DNA from: Gammaproteobacteria bacterium
GTDB taxonomy: Bacteria > Pseudomonadota > Gammaproteobacteria > Eutrophobiales > Eutrophobiaceae
NCBI GenBank assembly: GCA_965116495.1
Contig: OZ220696.1
Location: 288,001-352,000 of the forward strand
Direction: 5' to 3'
Length of the DNA stretch: 64,000 nucleotides
Made by a program: the position numbers and the translations under genes. Positions 8,811 to 17,460 of the stretch are shown here, in pieces (position 1 is the first letter of the stretch; each line of letters begins with the position of its first letter). The notes under the pieces were generated by a model. It made no database searches and had not been told where the DNA came from. It saw only the letters and a list, made by a program, of their open reading frames with translations.

Positions 8811-10055
8811 ATGGCTGATTATGTCACACATACCTTACCTGATGTCAGGTTGACCGATCACCTTCGTGAGATACTGGCCCAGCTTGACGAATCCAATGTT
8901 GAATTGAAGGACTGCATTAGCATGCCGCCGGCGGTATATACGTCCGAAGAGTGGTTCGATTTCGAGAAGCGGGCTGTCTGGGACAGGGAATGGATCTGCG
9001 TGGGGCACGTGGGTACGATACCACAGGCGGGCGATTACGTGTCCGTTACGATCAACGAAGACCCTCTCCTGGTACAGCGGCGGGATGACGGCGGCGTGCG
9101 GGTCATGTCTGCAGTGTGCCAGCACCGCGGTCACCTGTTGGGAGAGGAAAAAGGCAATACCCGGGTTTTTACCTGCCCTTTCCATGGCTGGTCCTACGAT
9201 GAAACGGGCAAGCTGGTCAGCGCCCCGGAAATGGACACTCATGCCAGCCTGGGTGAATTGCAGCAAAAATATTGCCTGCCGACATTGCGTACCGAGGTGT
9301 GGAACGGTTTTATCTTTATCAACATGGATGGTAACGCAAAACCCCTCGCCCCGCGCCTGAAACGGCTCGGCAAGGAGATTGAGAACCATCACCTCGCCGA
9401 GATGGGCGGTGTGCCTACGGTTGACTGGGGACCCAGTCCGTGGAACTGGAAATTCATGCACGAGAATGCCATTGAACCCCATCACACCTGGTACCTGCAC
9501 AAAGGGCCGCACGATTTTGCCCCTTCCAAGCTGGCTACTTTTGCAGAATGGGACGATTTCGATGACGGCGCCATATATCACCCGACCGGGTTCCTGGAAC
9601 TGGATGGTAATTTTACCTCTGCTTTCAGTTGCCTGTTTCCCGTGATCGAGGGCTTGAGCGAAAATGAACGCAAGCGGGTAATGTTCGCCTGTATCCTGCC
9701 CAACCTGTTCTTCGGTTGTGTGCCGGACGGTTGTTTTTATTACTGTATCCTGCCACAGGGCGCCAATGCCATGACCATCCGGGTCGGTTTTGTCTATCCT
9801 AAATCTACTCTGCGCATGGATAACTTCGATATCATTTTCAAGGCCGTTGTCATGGGTCTGGAAACCCTGAATGACCAGGATACCGGCGCCAACACCAATG
9901 TTCACAAGGGCCTGCGGTCACGTTTTGCGCCGCGTGGACGCTATGCCCCGAAAGAGGCGACCCTGCCGCAATTCAACCGCTGGTTGATAACCCGCTACAA
10001 GGCTTACGCGGCAGAGCTTGAAGGACGTAAGCAGACAGCTAAGCGGGTTGCTTGA
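8811..10055 (+). CDS. Rieske non-heme iron oxygenase alpha subunit
   Basis: Rieske motifs CQHRG and CPFHGW; mononuclear Fe site NWKFMHENAIEPHHTWYLH plus a C-terminal Asp (NDQD). ATG 8811 with a GGGGA RBS. Confidence 0.93.
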   Translation: MADYVTHTLPDVRLTDHLREILAQLDESNVELKDCISMPPAVYTSEEWFDFEKRAVWDREWICVGHVGTIPQAGDYVSVTINEDPLLVQRRDDGGVRVMSAVCQHRGHLLGEEKGNTRVFTCPFHGWSYDETGKLVSAPEMDTHASLGELQQKYCLPTLRTEVWNGFIFINMDGNAKPLAPRLKRLGKEIENHHLAEMGGVPTVDWGPSPWNWKFMHENAIEPHHTWYLHKGPHDFAPSKLATFAEWDDFDDGAIYHPTGFLELDGNFTSAFSCLFPVIEGLSENERKRVMFACILPNLFFGCVPDGCFYYCILPQGANAMTIRVGFVYPKSTLRMDNFDIIFKAVVMGLETLNDQDTGANTNVHKGLRSRFAPRGRYAPKEATLPQFNRWLITRYKAYAAELEGRKQTAKRVA

Positions 10056-10057
10056 GG

Positions 10058-10106
10058 GGAATTAAGAATTACGAATTACGAATTAGGAATTAGGAATTAG
10101 GAATTA
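10058..10106 (+). repeat. Heptamer tandem array, left arm of element 2 (7 x NGAATTA)
   Basis: GGAATTA AGAATTA CGAATTA CGAATTA GGAATTA GGAATTA GGAATTA. Confidence 0.93.
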
Positions 10107-10186
10107 GTGCATCCTGGCAATTAGCAATCCATATTGTAAATTTTGCCAGAACTGAAATCCTTACACGTCGCCACATGCGTCTCATT

Positions 10187-10261
10187 CAATTCCTAATTCC
10201 TAATTCCTAATTCCTAATTCGTAATTCCTAATTCGTAATTCCTAATTCGTAATTCGTAATT
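10187..10261 (-). repeat. Heptamer tandem array, right arm of element 2 (10 full units plus a partial YAATTCS)
   Basis: CAATTCC followed by TAATTCC/TAATTCG units, ending 8 nt before the ATG at 10270. Confidence 0.93.
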
Positions 10262-10269
10262 ATATCGAT

Positions 10270-11022
10270 ATGAGTAATGAACTTGCCGAAATAAAGGGAC
10301 TGCTGGAAAAGCTGGATGCCAAGTTGACCCACCTCGAAGACGTGGAGGCGATACAGCGCCTGATAGTAACGTACGCCAGGGGTTGTGATCGCGGCAATGA
10401 CCCTGACGTCATCGGCCCCTGTTTCGCAGAAGACGGTACCTGGGAATGCAAGGGTTTCGGCAAATACCATGGCCGGGATAAACTGGCAAGGGGACTGCAC
10501 GGGATTGCCGGCGAGAAAATCTGGTGGTCGTTACACTACATGATCTCCCCGCTTATCGACATCGCTCCTGACGGTCTCAGCGCCACGGTATTCTGGTACC
10601 TGTGGGAATCGGCAACCGTACCCAACCCCCACACCAATGAGGCGGAATCCCACTGGATAGGCGGCACCTACGACTGTCAGTGCGTCAAGCGGGACGGACG
10701 CTGGCTGTTCCAGTCCATGGAATTGAAGCTGAATATGGTGAGTCCGTACGACGACGGTTGGGTAAAAGCCAAATTCCTCGATGGCAGCCGTAATTCACCC
10801 TACCTGATGAACCTGGACGAGGGTGAGTATTACTGGTGCGCCTGCGGCCGCTCGCAAAATCAGCCGTTCTGCGACGGTTCCCACAAGGAAACGAGACGCG
10901 TGCCGCTGCAATTCAAACTGGACGGCTTCCAGCATGTTGCCCTGTGCGGTTGCAAGTACTCGAAAACCAAGCCCTGGTGTGACGGTTCACATTTAAAACT
11001 CAACCTGGACCAGGGTTCCTGA
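10270..11022 (+). CDS. SnoaL/NTF2-like domain fused to two CDGSH [2Fe-2S] motifs
   Basis: N-terminal LEDVEAIQRLIVTYARGCD...F.EDGTW...H...P.IDI...A...WYL...GGTYD...DGRWLF (SnoaL_4-like). C-terminal WCACGRSQNQPFCDGSH and LCGCKYSKTKPWCDGSH. Confidence 0.88.
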   Translation: MSNELAEIKGLLEKLDAKLTHLEDVEAIQRLIVTYARGCDRGNDPDVIGPCFAEDGTWECKGFGKYHGRDKLARGLHGIAGEKIWWSLHYMISPLIDIAPDGLSATVFWYLWESATVPNPHTNEAESHWIGGTYDCQCVKRDGRWLFQSMELKLNMVSPYDDGWVKAKFLDGSRNSPYLMNLDEGEYYWCACGRSQNQPFCDGSHKETRRVPLQFKLDGFQHVALCGCKYSKTKPWCDGSHLKLNLDQGS

Positions 11023-11024
11023 CC

Positions 11025-12677
11025 ATGCTTTCCAGAAGAATATTCCTTAAATCATCCGTCGCGGCTGCAGGCGCGCCCCTGGCTGCCCATGCAGGGATGG
11101 TGGCAGGAGATGAACTGCAGGGGACCCCCCAGCCGGAGATTTTAACACCTGCCGAGTACAACCAGGCTGTTGAGGAATTGCGTCAGGTCGTCGGTGCTGA
11201 GTGGGTGGTTACCGATGAACAGCAGGAACTGAGAACGTATCGGGATGTCTATTCGACGCTACCTGACGAGGCTAATATGCCGTCTGCAGCGGTTGCGCCC
11301 AGGACCGTTGAGGAGATCCAGGCCATCCTGGGCATTGCCCGCAATTATAAGATTCCCCTTTGGACCGTTTCCACCGGCAAGAATTATGCCTACGGCGGTC
11401 CGGCGCCGCGCAAGCCCGGTTTTTTTGTCCTCGATTTAAACCGCATGAAGCGTATCATCGAGGTCAACGAGGAACACGGCTATGCCGTGGTTGAACCGGG
11501 GGTCAGCTATTTTGAGTTGTATAATTACCTGCAACAACGCGGCAGCAAATTATGGATAGACCCTGCGGCCCCGGGTTGGGGCAGCGTACTCGGCAACCTG
11601 TCGGAGCACGGAGCCGGTTACACACCCTATGGCGACCACCTGTTGATGAACTGCGGTATGCAGGTGGTGCTCGCCGACGGTACCGTCGTTGATACCGGCA
11701 TGGGGGCCTTGTCCGGCTCCACTACGTCCAGCCTGTACAAATATGGTTGCGGACCCTGGGTGGAAGGCATGTTCACCCAGTCAAATTTCGGCATCATAAC
11801 CAAAGTGGGTATCTGGTTGATGCCCGAGCCGCCGGGATACCGGCCATACCTGGTGACATTCCCGCGCGAAGAAGATCTTTACCGGATTACCGAGGTTGTC
11901 GGTCCCTTGCGTCTTAATATGTTGATACCCAATGCGGCAACGACCGTAGGACTGATCTGGGAAGCTGCCCCCAGGGCAACCAGGAAGCAGTATTACCGCG
12001 GTAAGGGTCCCATGCCCATGCGCCATCGCCAAAAAATGGCGGAGGACCTGGACATCGGCATGTGGAATTTTTACGGCGCGCTGTATGGACCTGAACCGAT
12101 TATGGATAACAACTGGAAAGTCCTGGAAGAGGCCTTTCGCAGCATCCCCGGCGCTAAATTTTACTTTGAAGGGGACAGGCCGAATGATCCGGCCTGGCGC
12201 TACCGGGTCAAGCTTATGCGCGGCGAACCGAACATGACCGAATTCAGCTTAATGAATTGGGTGGGCAGTGGTGCGCATATCGATTTCTCGCCGCGCTCAC
12301 CGGTAACCGGCGAGGATTCCATGAAACAGTTCACACTGATTAGGGACCGGGCGAATGAGTACGGGTTCGATTATATCGGTGAGTTCCTGGTGGGATGGCG
12401 TGAACTCCTGAACATCTTTCAACTGGTTTTTGATCGCCTGGATGACGATGAGCGGCGCCGCGCCCATGAGTGTTTCGGCCTGCTGGTCAATGATTTTGCC
12501 GAACAGGGTTATGGTGAGTACCGTACCCATCTCAATTTCATGGACGAGATTGCCGCCACCTATAACTGGAACGAAGGGGCGCTATGGAAATTACACCACA
12601 GAATCAAGCAGGCGCTCGATCCGGATGGTATTTTGTCACCGGGTAAAAGCGGCATTTGGCCATCTCAGGTAAGTTAA
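11025..12677 (+). CDS. VAO/PCMH-family FAD oxidoreductase (4-alkylphenol methylhydroxylase-like flavoprotein) with Tat signal
   Basis: Tat motif SRRIFLK; STGKNYAYGG, VEPGVSYFEL, GSVLGN, GYTPYGDH, FTQSNFGIITK, GYGEYRTH and LDPDGILSPGKSGIWP. Confidence 0.9.
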   Translation: MLSRRIFLKSSVAAAGAPLAAHAGMVAGDELQGTPQPEILTPAEYNQAVEELRQVVGAEWVVTDEQQELRTYRDVYSTLPDEANMPSAAVAPRTVEEIQAILGIARNYKIPLWTVSTGKNYAYGGPAPRKPGFFVLDLNRMKRIIEVNEEHGYAVVEPGVSYFELYNYLQQRGSKLWIDPAAPGWGSVLGNLSEHGAGYTPYGDHLLMNCGMQVVLADGTVVDTGMGALSGSTTSSLYKYGCGPWVEGMFTQSNFGIITKVGIWLMPEPPGYRPYLVTFPREEDLYRITEVVGPLRLNMLIPNAATTVGLIWEAAPRATRKQYYRGKGPMPMRHRQKMAEDLDIGMWNFYGALYGPEPIMDNNWKVLEEAFRSIPGAKFYFEGDRPNDPAWRYRVKLMRGEPNMTEFSLMNWVGSGAHIDFSPRSPVTGEDSMKQFTLIRDRANEYGFDYIGEFLVGWRELLNIFQLVFDRLDDDERRRAHECFGLLVNDFAEQGYGEYRTHLNFMDEIAATYNWNEGALWKLHHRIKQALDPDGILSPGKSGIWPSQVS

Positions 12678-12680
12678 ACA

Positions 12681-13070
12681 GTGCTCCCTGTGTCCTCCGT
12701 GGCAAAAATATCCGTGGCAATATTGTTGTTATTGCTGGCGGGCTGTGGCGGTGATGAAGCCCCCGGGACAGGTGAGGCGGCAGTCGGGCAGGCCACCATG
12801 GCGATAGACCAGTATGATGGCAAAGGCTTGTTCGAGTTATATTGTATCGCCTGTCATGGCGCGGGACCCGGCCACCCGGGTACCATGCGCCTGCAGGAAA
12901 GGCTGAGTGAAGATCAGGCGCCCCTGCTCAGCCGGGATAACCTGGAGCCCGAGTATGTAAAGCTGGTGGTACGGGAAGGCTTCAAGCTGATGCCGCCGTT
13001 TCGCCCCAGTGAAATCACCGATAAGCAGTTGGACCTGTTGACGGGCTATATTACGGGGGAAGAAAACTGA
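12681..13070 (+). CDS. PchC-like monoheme cytochrome c with lipoprotein signal
   Basis: CIACH heme motif, HPGT, and VREGFKLMPPFRPSEITD (Met ligand); lipobox LLAG-C. The start may be GTG 12699. Confidence 0.88.
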   Translation: MLPVSSVAKISVAILLLLLAGCGGDEAPGTGEAAVGQATMAIDQYDGKGLFELYCIACHGAGPGHPGTMRLQERLSEDQAPLLSRDNLEPEYVKLVVREGFKLMPPFRPSEITDKQLDLLTGYITGEEN

Positions 13071-14554
13071 TGGATATGGAGACCGTCACATTATCACCTG
13101 AGGCCCGGGCCGTAGCGAAACGGGTCCGCAATCTACGTGATTACCTTGAATTACTGGCTGAGCACGGTCAGTGTATTACCTGGCCGGAAGCAGTCATGCC
13201 AGAGCCTGATATCCGTAAGGTTGTCGTTGCGTCCGGGCGCGATGCAATGGCGGGGCCGGCCATCCTGTTTGACAAGATCCGCGGTTACCCCGGAAAAAGA
13301 CTGGTAGTAGGCGTGCATGGCAGTTTTTCCAATATTGCCCTGCTGTTGGGCAAGACGAAAGGGACCAGTATCAAGGAATTGTTCTACGAACTTATAGGTC
13401 GTTGGGGCTCCGACAGGCCGCTGATCAACAGGGTGGAACCGGAAGATGCACCGGTGCACGAGAACAGGCTTGAAGCTGATATCAACCTGTATGACCTGCT
13501 GCCGTTGTATCGTATCAATTCCCTGGATGGCGGTTTTTATATCGCCAAGGCCAATATTGTCAGCCGCGATCCCCGTGACCCCGATAATTTTGCCAAACAG
13601 AACGTGGGAATATACCGCATCCAGGTACAGGGTCCTGACCGATTTACCTTGTTGTCTGTCCCGTCCCATGACATGGCGCAACAGATCCGCATGGCGGAAC
13701 AGGATGATGTCCCGTTGAAGATCGCCGTGATGATCGGCAACCACCCGGCCATGGCCATGTTTGCAGCCACTCCGGTGAATTACGACGAATCGGAATTTGC
13801 CTACGCCTCGCAGATGATGGGCAGCCCCATTGACCTGACCCGGTCCGGCAATGGCCTGGATATCCTCGCCGGCTCGGAAATGGTCATAGAAGCGCAATTA
13901 TTGAATAACCGGCGCTGCCTGGAAGGGCCGTTCGGAGAATTTCCGGGTAGTTACAGTGGTATTGGCCGAGTCCCCCTGTTCCAGGTGACTGCCGTATCCC
14001 ACCGTACCGAGCCCATCTTTGAAAGTATTTATATCGGCAAGGGCTGGACCGAGCACGACACCTTGATCGGGCTGAATACCTCTGCGCCCATTTACTCCCA
14101 ATTAAAGGAAAACTTTCCTGAAGTCGTTGCGGTGAACGCCTTGTACCAGCACGGTTTGACCGCGATCATTTCGGTGAAGAACCGGTTTGCCGGTTTCGCC
14201 AAATCAGTTGCCATGCGCGCCCTCGGGACACCCCACGGCCTGTTGTACCTGAAAAACCTTATCATGGTGGACGACGACGTGGATCCCTTTGATCTCAACC
14301 AGGTGATGTGGGCTCTGTCCACGCGCACCCGCGCCGGTGATATTATCGTCATACCCAACATGCCAATGGTGCACATTGACCCGTCTGCGGAAATTCCGGG
14401 CAAGGGACATCATCTTATCATTGACGCAACCAGCTTCATGCCGCCTGATCCCATCGGCGCTGACGCAAAAATCGTAGCGCCGCCCAGGGGTCCCGAAATA
14501 GATGACCTGGCAAAGTATATTCATCGTTTGCAAAGAGAGGCGGAAAACCGATGA
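13070..14554 (+). CDS. UbiD-family prFMN-dependent phenolic acid decarboxylase subunit C (VdcC/BsdC-like), copy 1
   Basis: Motifs GVHGSFSN, QNVGIYRIQV, EGPFGEFPG, WTEHDTL, ALYQHG and VDPFDLNQVMWALSTR. Confidence 0.92.
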   Translation: MDMETVTLSPEARAVAKRVRNLRDYLELLAEHGQCITWPEAVMPEPDIRKVVVASGRDAMAGPAILFDKIRGYPGKRLVVGVHGSFSNIALLLGKTKGTSIKELFYELIGRWGSDRPLINRVEPEDAPVHENRLEADINLYDLLPLYRINSLDGGFYIAKANIVSRDPRDPDNFAKQNVGIYRIQVQGPDRFTLLSVPSHDMAQQIRMAEQDDVPLKIAVMIGNHPAMAMFAATPVNYDESEFAYASQMMGSPIDLTRSGNGLDILAGSEMVIEAQLLNNRRCLEGPFGEFPGSYSGIGRVPLFQVTAVSHRTEPIFESIYIGKGWTEHDTLIGLNTSAPIYSQLKENFPEVVAVNALYQHGLTAIISVKNRFAGFAKSVAMRALGTPHGLLYLKNLIMVDDDVDPFDLNQVMWALSTRTRAGDIIVIPNMPMVHIDPSAEIPGKGHHLIIDATSFMPPDPIGADAKIVAPPRGPEIDDLAKYIHRLQREAENR

Positions 14555-14793
14555 ACTGCCCCCGCTGCCGCTCAACCAAAGAACACCTGCGGGTCGAATA
14601 CCAGGGCAGGGAAGGGGATGCCGTGCTCTGGACCGTGTATCACTGTAACCGTTGTTCGTTCACCTGGCGCGACAGCGAGCCGGCCGAATCGATAAATTAT
14701 ACAAAGCGGGAAGCCTGGTTCAGGGCCGATCCGGACCACCCGGAAAAATACAAACACAATATTCCCCCGGCAAGCCCGGACACAGGGGAATGA
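14551..14793 (+). CDS. Phenolic acid decarboxylase subunit D (VdcD/BsdD-like Zn-ribbon), copy 1
   Basis: CPRC...WTVYHCNRCSFTWRDSEP...IPP; ATGA overlap with the C subunit. Confidence 0.88.
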   Translation: MNCPRCRSTKEHLRVEYQGREGDAVLWTVYHCNRCSFTWRDSEPAESINYTKREAWFRADPDHPEKYKHNIPPASPDTGE

Positions 14794-14882
14794 TAATGTA
14801 TAGCGCACTTTTTTATTGCCCGGCATGGCGTAGAAAGAGGCGGTGGTGAGGAGACGACCCGTTGACTCCAGGATAAGCTTGT

Positions 14883-16316
14883 ATGTCAAAAATATTGATC
14901 AATAAACTGAGAAAAGAACTGGGCAGGGACGCTGTTTTGTCCGGCGCCGTTGCCGGTGATCGTTACTCACGCATCGGCAAATCACCGGTCGGTGTGGCGC
15001 TGCCGGAAGATATTGAACAGCTGCGGGCTGTATTGTCAGTTGCTGATGAAAGCAATATCTCGCTATGGGTCCTGCCCAACACGGCAGCTAACGGAGGCGT
15101 GGTTGGTCCTGCAACGGATAAGGATATCCTGGTAATCGATCAGTCCCGTATGAACAAAATCGTGGAGGTGAACGTCAAGGGAGCTTACGCACTGGTGGAA
15201 CCGGGCGTGAGTTATATGCAGTTAAATAACTACCTGCAGGAAAACAGGACCGGCCTGTGGGTGGATTGCGACAGGAACGGCTTGAACTCGGTTGCCGGCA
15301 GCATCAGCGCCCGGGAGTTCGGCTGTACCGCCTACGGCGACCACACAATGATGCAATGCGGTATGGAGCTCATTCTGGCTGACGGCGAACTGGTGAGACT
15401 GGGTATGGGCGCCATGCCGAAGAGCAACACCTGGCAGCTGGCAAAATATGCCTACGGCCCCTACCTGGATGGCCTGTTTACGCAATCCAACCTGGGCATC
15501 GTGACCAAAATGGGCGTATGGCTGATGCCGGCGCCGCCTGCATACCAGCCCTTCGCTGTGACCTTGAAGAGCGACGGTGACCTGGCCCAGGCGCTGGAGA
15601 TATTGCGTTCATTCAAGGTTAACGTAATCATTCCGAACACGGTGGTCATCAGTAATCCGGAACTGGATGCGAGTCCTTACGCGTCACGGGATGATTATAC
15701 CGACGGCAAAACGGTCGATACGGAACGGCTGGCAGCGGATTATGGTCTGGGCCAGTGGACCCTGTATGGGGCCTTGTATAACACCCCTCCCAACATCGAT
15801 GTATTATGGCCCATGGTACGCAGCGCATTCGCCGGCATTCAGGACGCTGTAGTGTTCGACCTGAACAACCAGGCGGACAACCCGGTATTTGCCGGCAGGG
15901 AGAACATGATGCGCGGCCGGCCCTCGCTGGAATTCAGTAACCTGAACAACTGGTCCGGCCAGTCTCACCTGTACGCCGGGTTTGTCTCCCCCATTGACGG
16001 CCGGCAGGTATTGAAGATGAATAAACTGGCCAGCGACACGGTGCGCAGCAGCGGATTTGATTACCTGACGGAGTACGCGGTCGGCTGGCGCTCCGTCATC
16101 CAGCGGGTTTATCTGACGTATCAAAGTGAAGCCGAACCCAGGGCGGTCGCGTGTCTTGAAACATTGATAGACTCGATGGCACAACGGGGTTTCGGCGTGA
16201 GCCATATCAGCACCGGGTACCTGGACCGGGCCCTGGCCGGCTATGATAACGCCGGCATGTCCGAATTGCGCGGCAGGCTCAAACAGGCGCTGGATCCCGG
16301 CAACCTGTTTGCCTGA
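14883..16316 (+). CDS. Second VAO/PCMH-family flavoprotein, divergent, no signal peptide
   Basis: Retains VEPGVSY, YGDH..MQCGMELILADG, GPYLDGLFTQSNLGIVTKMGVWLMP and LKQALDP. Lacks the GxNxxYG and YR motifs. Confidence 0.85.
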   Translation: MSKILINKLRKELGRDAVLSGAVAGDRYSRIGKSPVGVALPEDIEQLRAVLSVADESNISLWVLPNTAANGGVVGPATDKDILVIDQSRMNKIVEVNVKGAYALVEPGVSYMQLNNYLQENRTGLWVDCDRNGLNSVAGSISAREFGCTAYGDHTMMQCGMELILADGELVRLGMGAMPKSNTWQLAKYAYGPYLDGLFTQSNLGIVTKMGVWLMPAPPAYQPFAVTLKSDGDLAQALEILRSFKVNVIIPNTVVISNPELDASPYASRDDYTDGKTVDTERLAADYGLGQWTLYGALYNTPPNIDVLWPMVRSAFAGIQDAVVFDLNNQADNPVFAGRENMMRGRPSLEFSNLNNWSGQSHLYAGFVSPIDGRQVLKMNKLASDTVRSSGFDYLTEYAVGWRSVIQRVYLTYQSEAEPRAVACLETLIDSMAQRGFGVSHISTGYLDRALAGYDNAGMSELRGRLKQALDPGNLFA

Positions 16317-16335
16317 TCAACAGTTGTCGCGGTTG

Positions 16336-17010
16336 TCACTCTCCCGGGACTCCATAACCCGGGGCTGATGACGGGTTGTTTGCGCGTGATATGTAATCAG
16401 CCATTTGCGGGGCATATCTATCCCATAATTCCCTGAGTTCGGCCAAAGGATTATGGTCTGTCCAGTCAATACGTAGATCTACCAGGGGCCAGCTGTTGCC
16501 ACCGACAACCAGCAAACCGGCGGAGTGTATCGGTCCTGCTTCGCCGCCTGCTTTCAAACCCCCATCCATTGCATCGAGCAAACGGTCAGCCAGCAAAGTT
16601 TTGCCCGAGTCAAGAAATTCGTCAATCATCACCGTTGTGACATTACCGGCGCTTAATAAATTACCTGCGGCTATACAGTTTTTACCCCGTGAGATATTAT
16701 TAATTCCGAGCGATTTGCTGCCGTTGAACCCGCTTGTACTGCCCTGGTTATCTACGGCAATCACCTGTCTGTAATCTGCATTAACTTCATTACTCATCAC
16801 TTCCAGCATAGCCGCTTTGACGTCCTTTCCTTGTTCCATTTGATCCAGGATTGCAGGCCCTAAAGAGGGTAGAGTGATATTTTGGGTAGATACTGCCCCC
16901 ACTCCGGATCTCGCCCATGGACATCTGCTCGCAACGCATATACTGGAAGACGAAATCGCAATGCCATATTGTTCAGTTTGATGACACTTTGCAACGATTG
17001 AGAAAGTCAT
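16336..17010 (-). CDS. DUF1028 (Ntn-hydrolase-like) protein, HinH-like
   Basis: Motifs MTFSIVA, GAVSTQN, RQV..VD, AAGNLL, AGGEAGPIHSAGL and DLRIDW. Confidence 0.9.
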   Translation of the reverse strand: MTFSIVAKCHQTEQYGIAISSSSICVASRCPWARSGVGAVSTQNITLPSLGPAILDQMEQGKDVKAAMLEVMSNEVNADYRQVIAVDNQGSTSGFNGSKSLGINNISRGKNCIAAGNLLSAGNVTTVMIDEFLDSGKTLLADRLLDAMDGGLKAGGEAGPIHSAGLLVVGGNSWPLVDLRIDWTDHNPLAELRELWDRYAPQMADYISRANNPSSAPGYGVPGE

Positions 17011-17025
17011 GATTAGGGATTATAT

Positions 17026-17460
17026 TTATTCAGGAATGACCGCTGTTACTTCTATTTCCATCAGCCATTCTGGTTTGGCCAGGCCCTGTACAATCAATCC
17101 CGTAGAAACGGGATAAACACCCTTCAGCCACCTGCCCAGTACACGGTAAACCGGCTCGCGATAAGATCGATCGGTGATATAGACTTGCATCCTGCAAATA
17201 TGCGCCAGCTCACTGCCTGCCTCGCGCAATAGTTGATCGACATTCTTCATTGCTTGATCTGCCTGTGCTGCCGGGTCACCGGCGCCAACGAGATTTCCCT
17301 TCAGGTCAGTTCCAACCTGGCCACGCAGGAAGATGATGTTGCCGGCTATCACGGCCTGACAAAGATCATTATCCAGGTTTTGCTCAGGATAGGTCTCTTT
17401 GGTGTTGAACTTGCGAAATCGTTTATGGATCGGCATGAAGGGTAAATCCATTATTGTCAT
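17026..17460 (-). CDS. RidA/YjgF family enamine deaminase, HinL-like
   Basis: FNTKETYPEQNLDNDLCQAV, LRGQVG and YPVSTGLIVQGLAKPEWLMEIE; ATGA-coupled to the upstream gene. Confidence 0.9.
   Translation of the reverse strand: MTIMDLPFMPIHKRFRKFNTKETYPEQNLDNDLCQAVIAGNIIFLRGQVGTDLKGNLVGAGDPAAQADQAMKNVDQLLREAGSELAHICRMQVYITDRSYREPVYRVLGRWLKGVYPVSTGLIVQGLAKPEWLMEIEVTAVIPE

Noticed and set aside
8835-9905. Long antisense ORFs (also 13151-13897, 24878-25570, 29153-29863, 40033-40893, 61289-62080, 62987-63958)
   Set aside because: These are shadows of strongly supported genes in GC-rich codon usage, with no motifs of their own.
3442-10261. Heptamer arrays as CRISPR arrays
   Set aside because: Units are 7 bp and contiguous, with no spacers and no cas genes.
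10270-11022. Calling the SnoaL domain LinA (HCH dehydrochlorinase)
   Set aside because: Only fold-level resemblance; no lin pathway genes are present.
12681-12720. CCTGTGTCCTCCGTGGC motif and duplicated TCCGTGGCAA at the cytochrome c start as a further repeat family
   Set aside because: A single short occurrence inside a plausible signal peptide; too weak without a genome-wide count.
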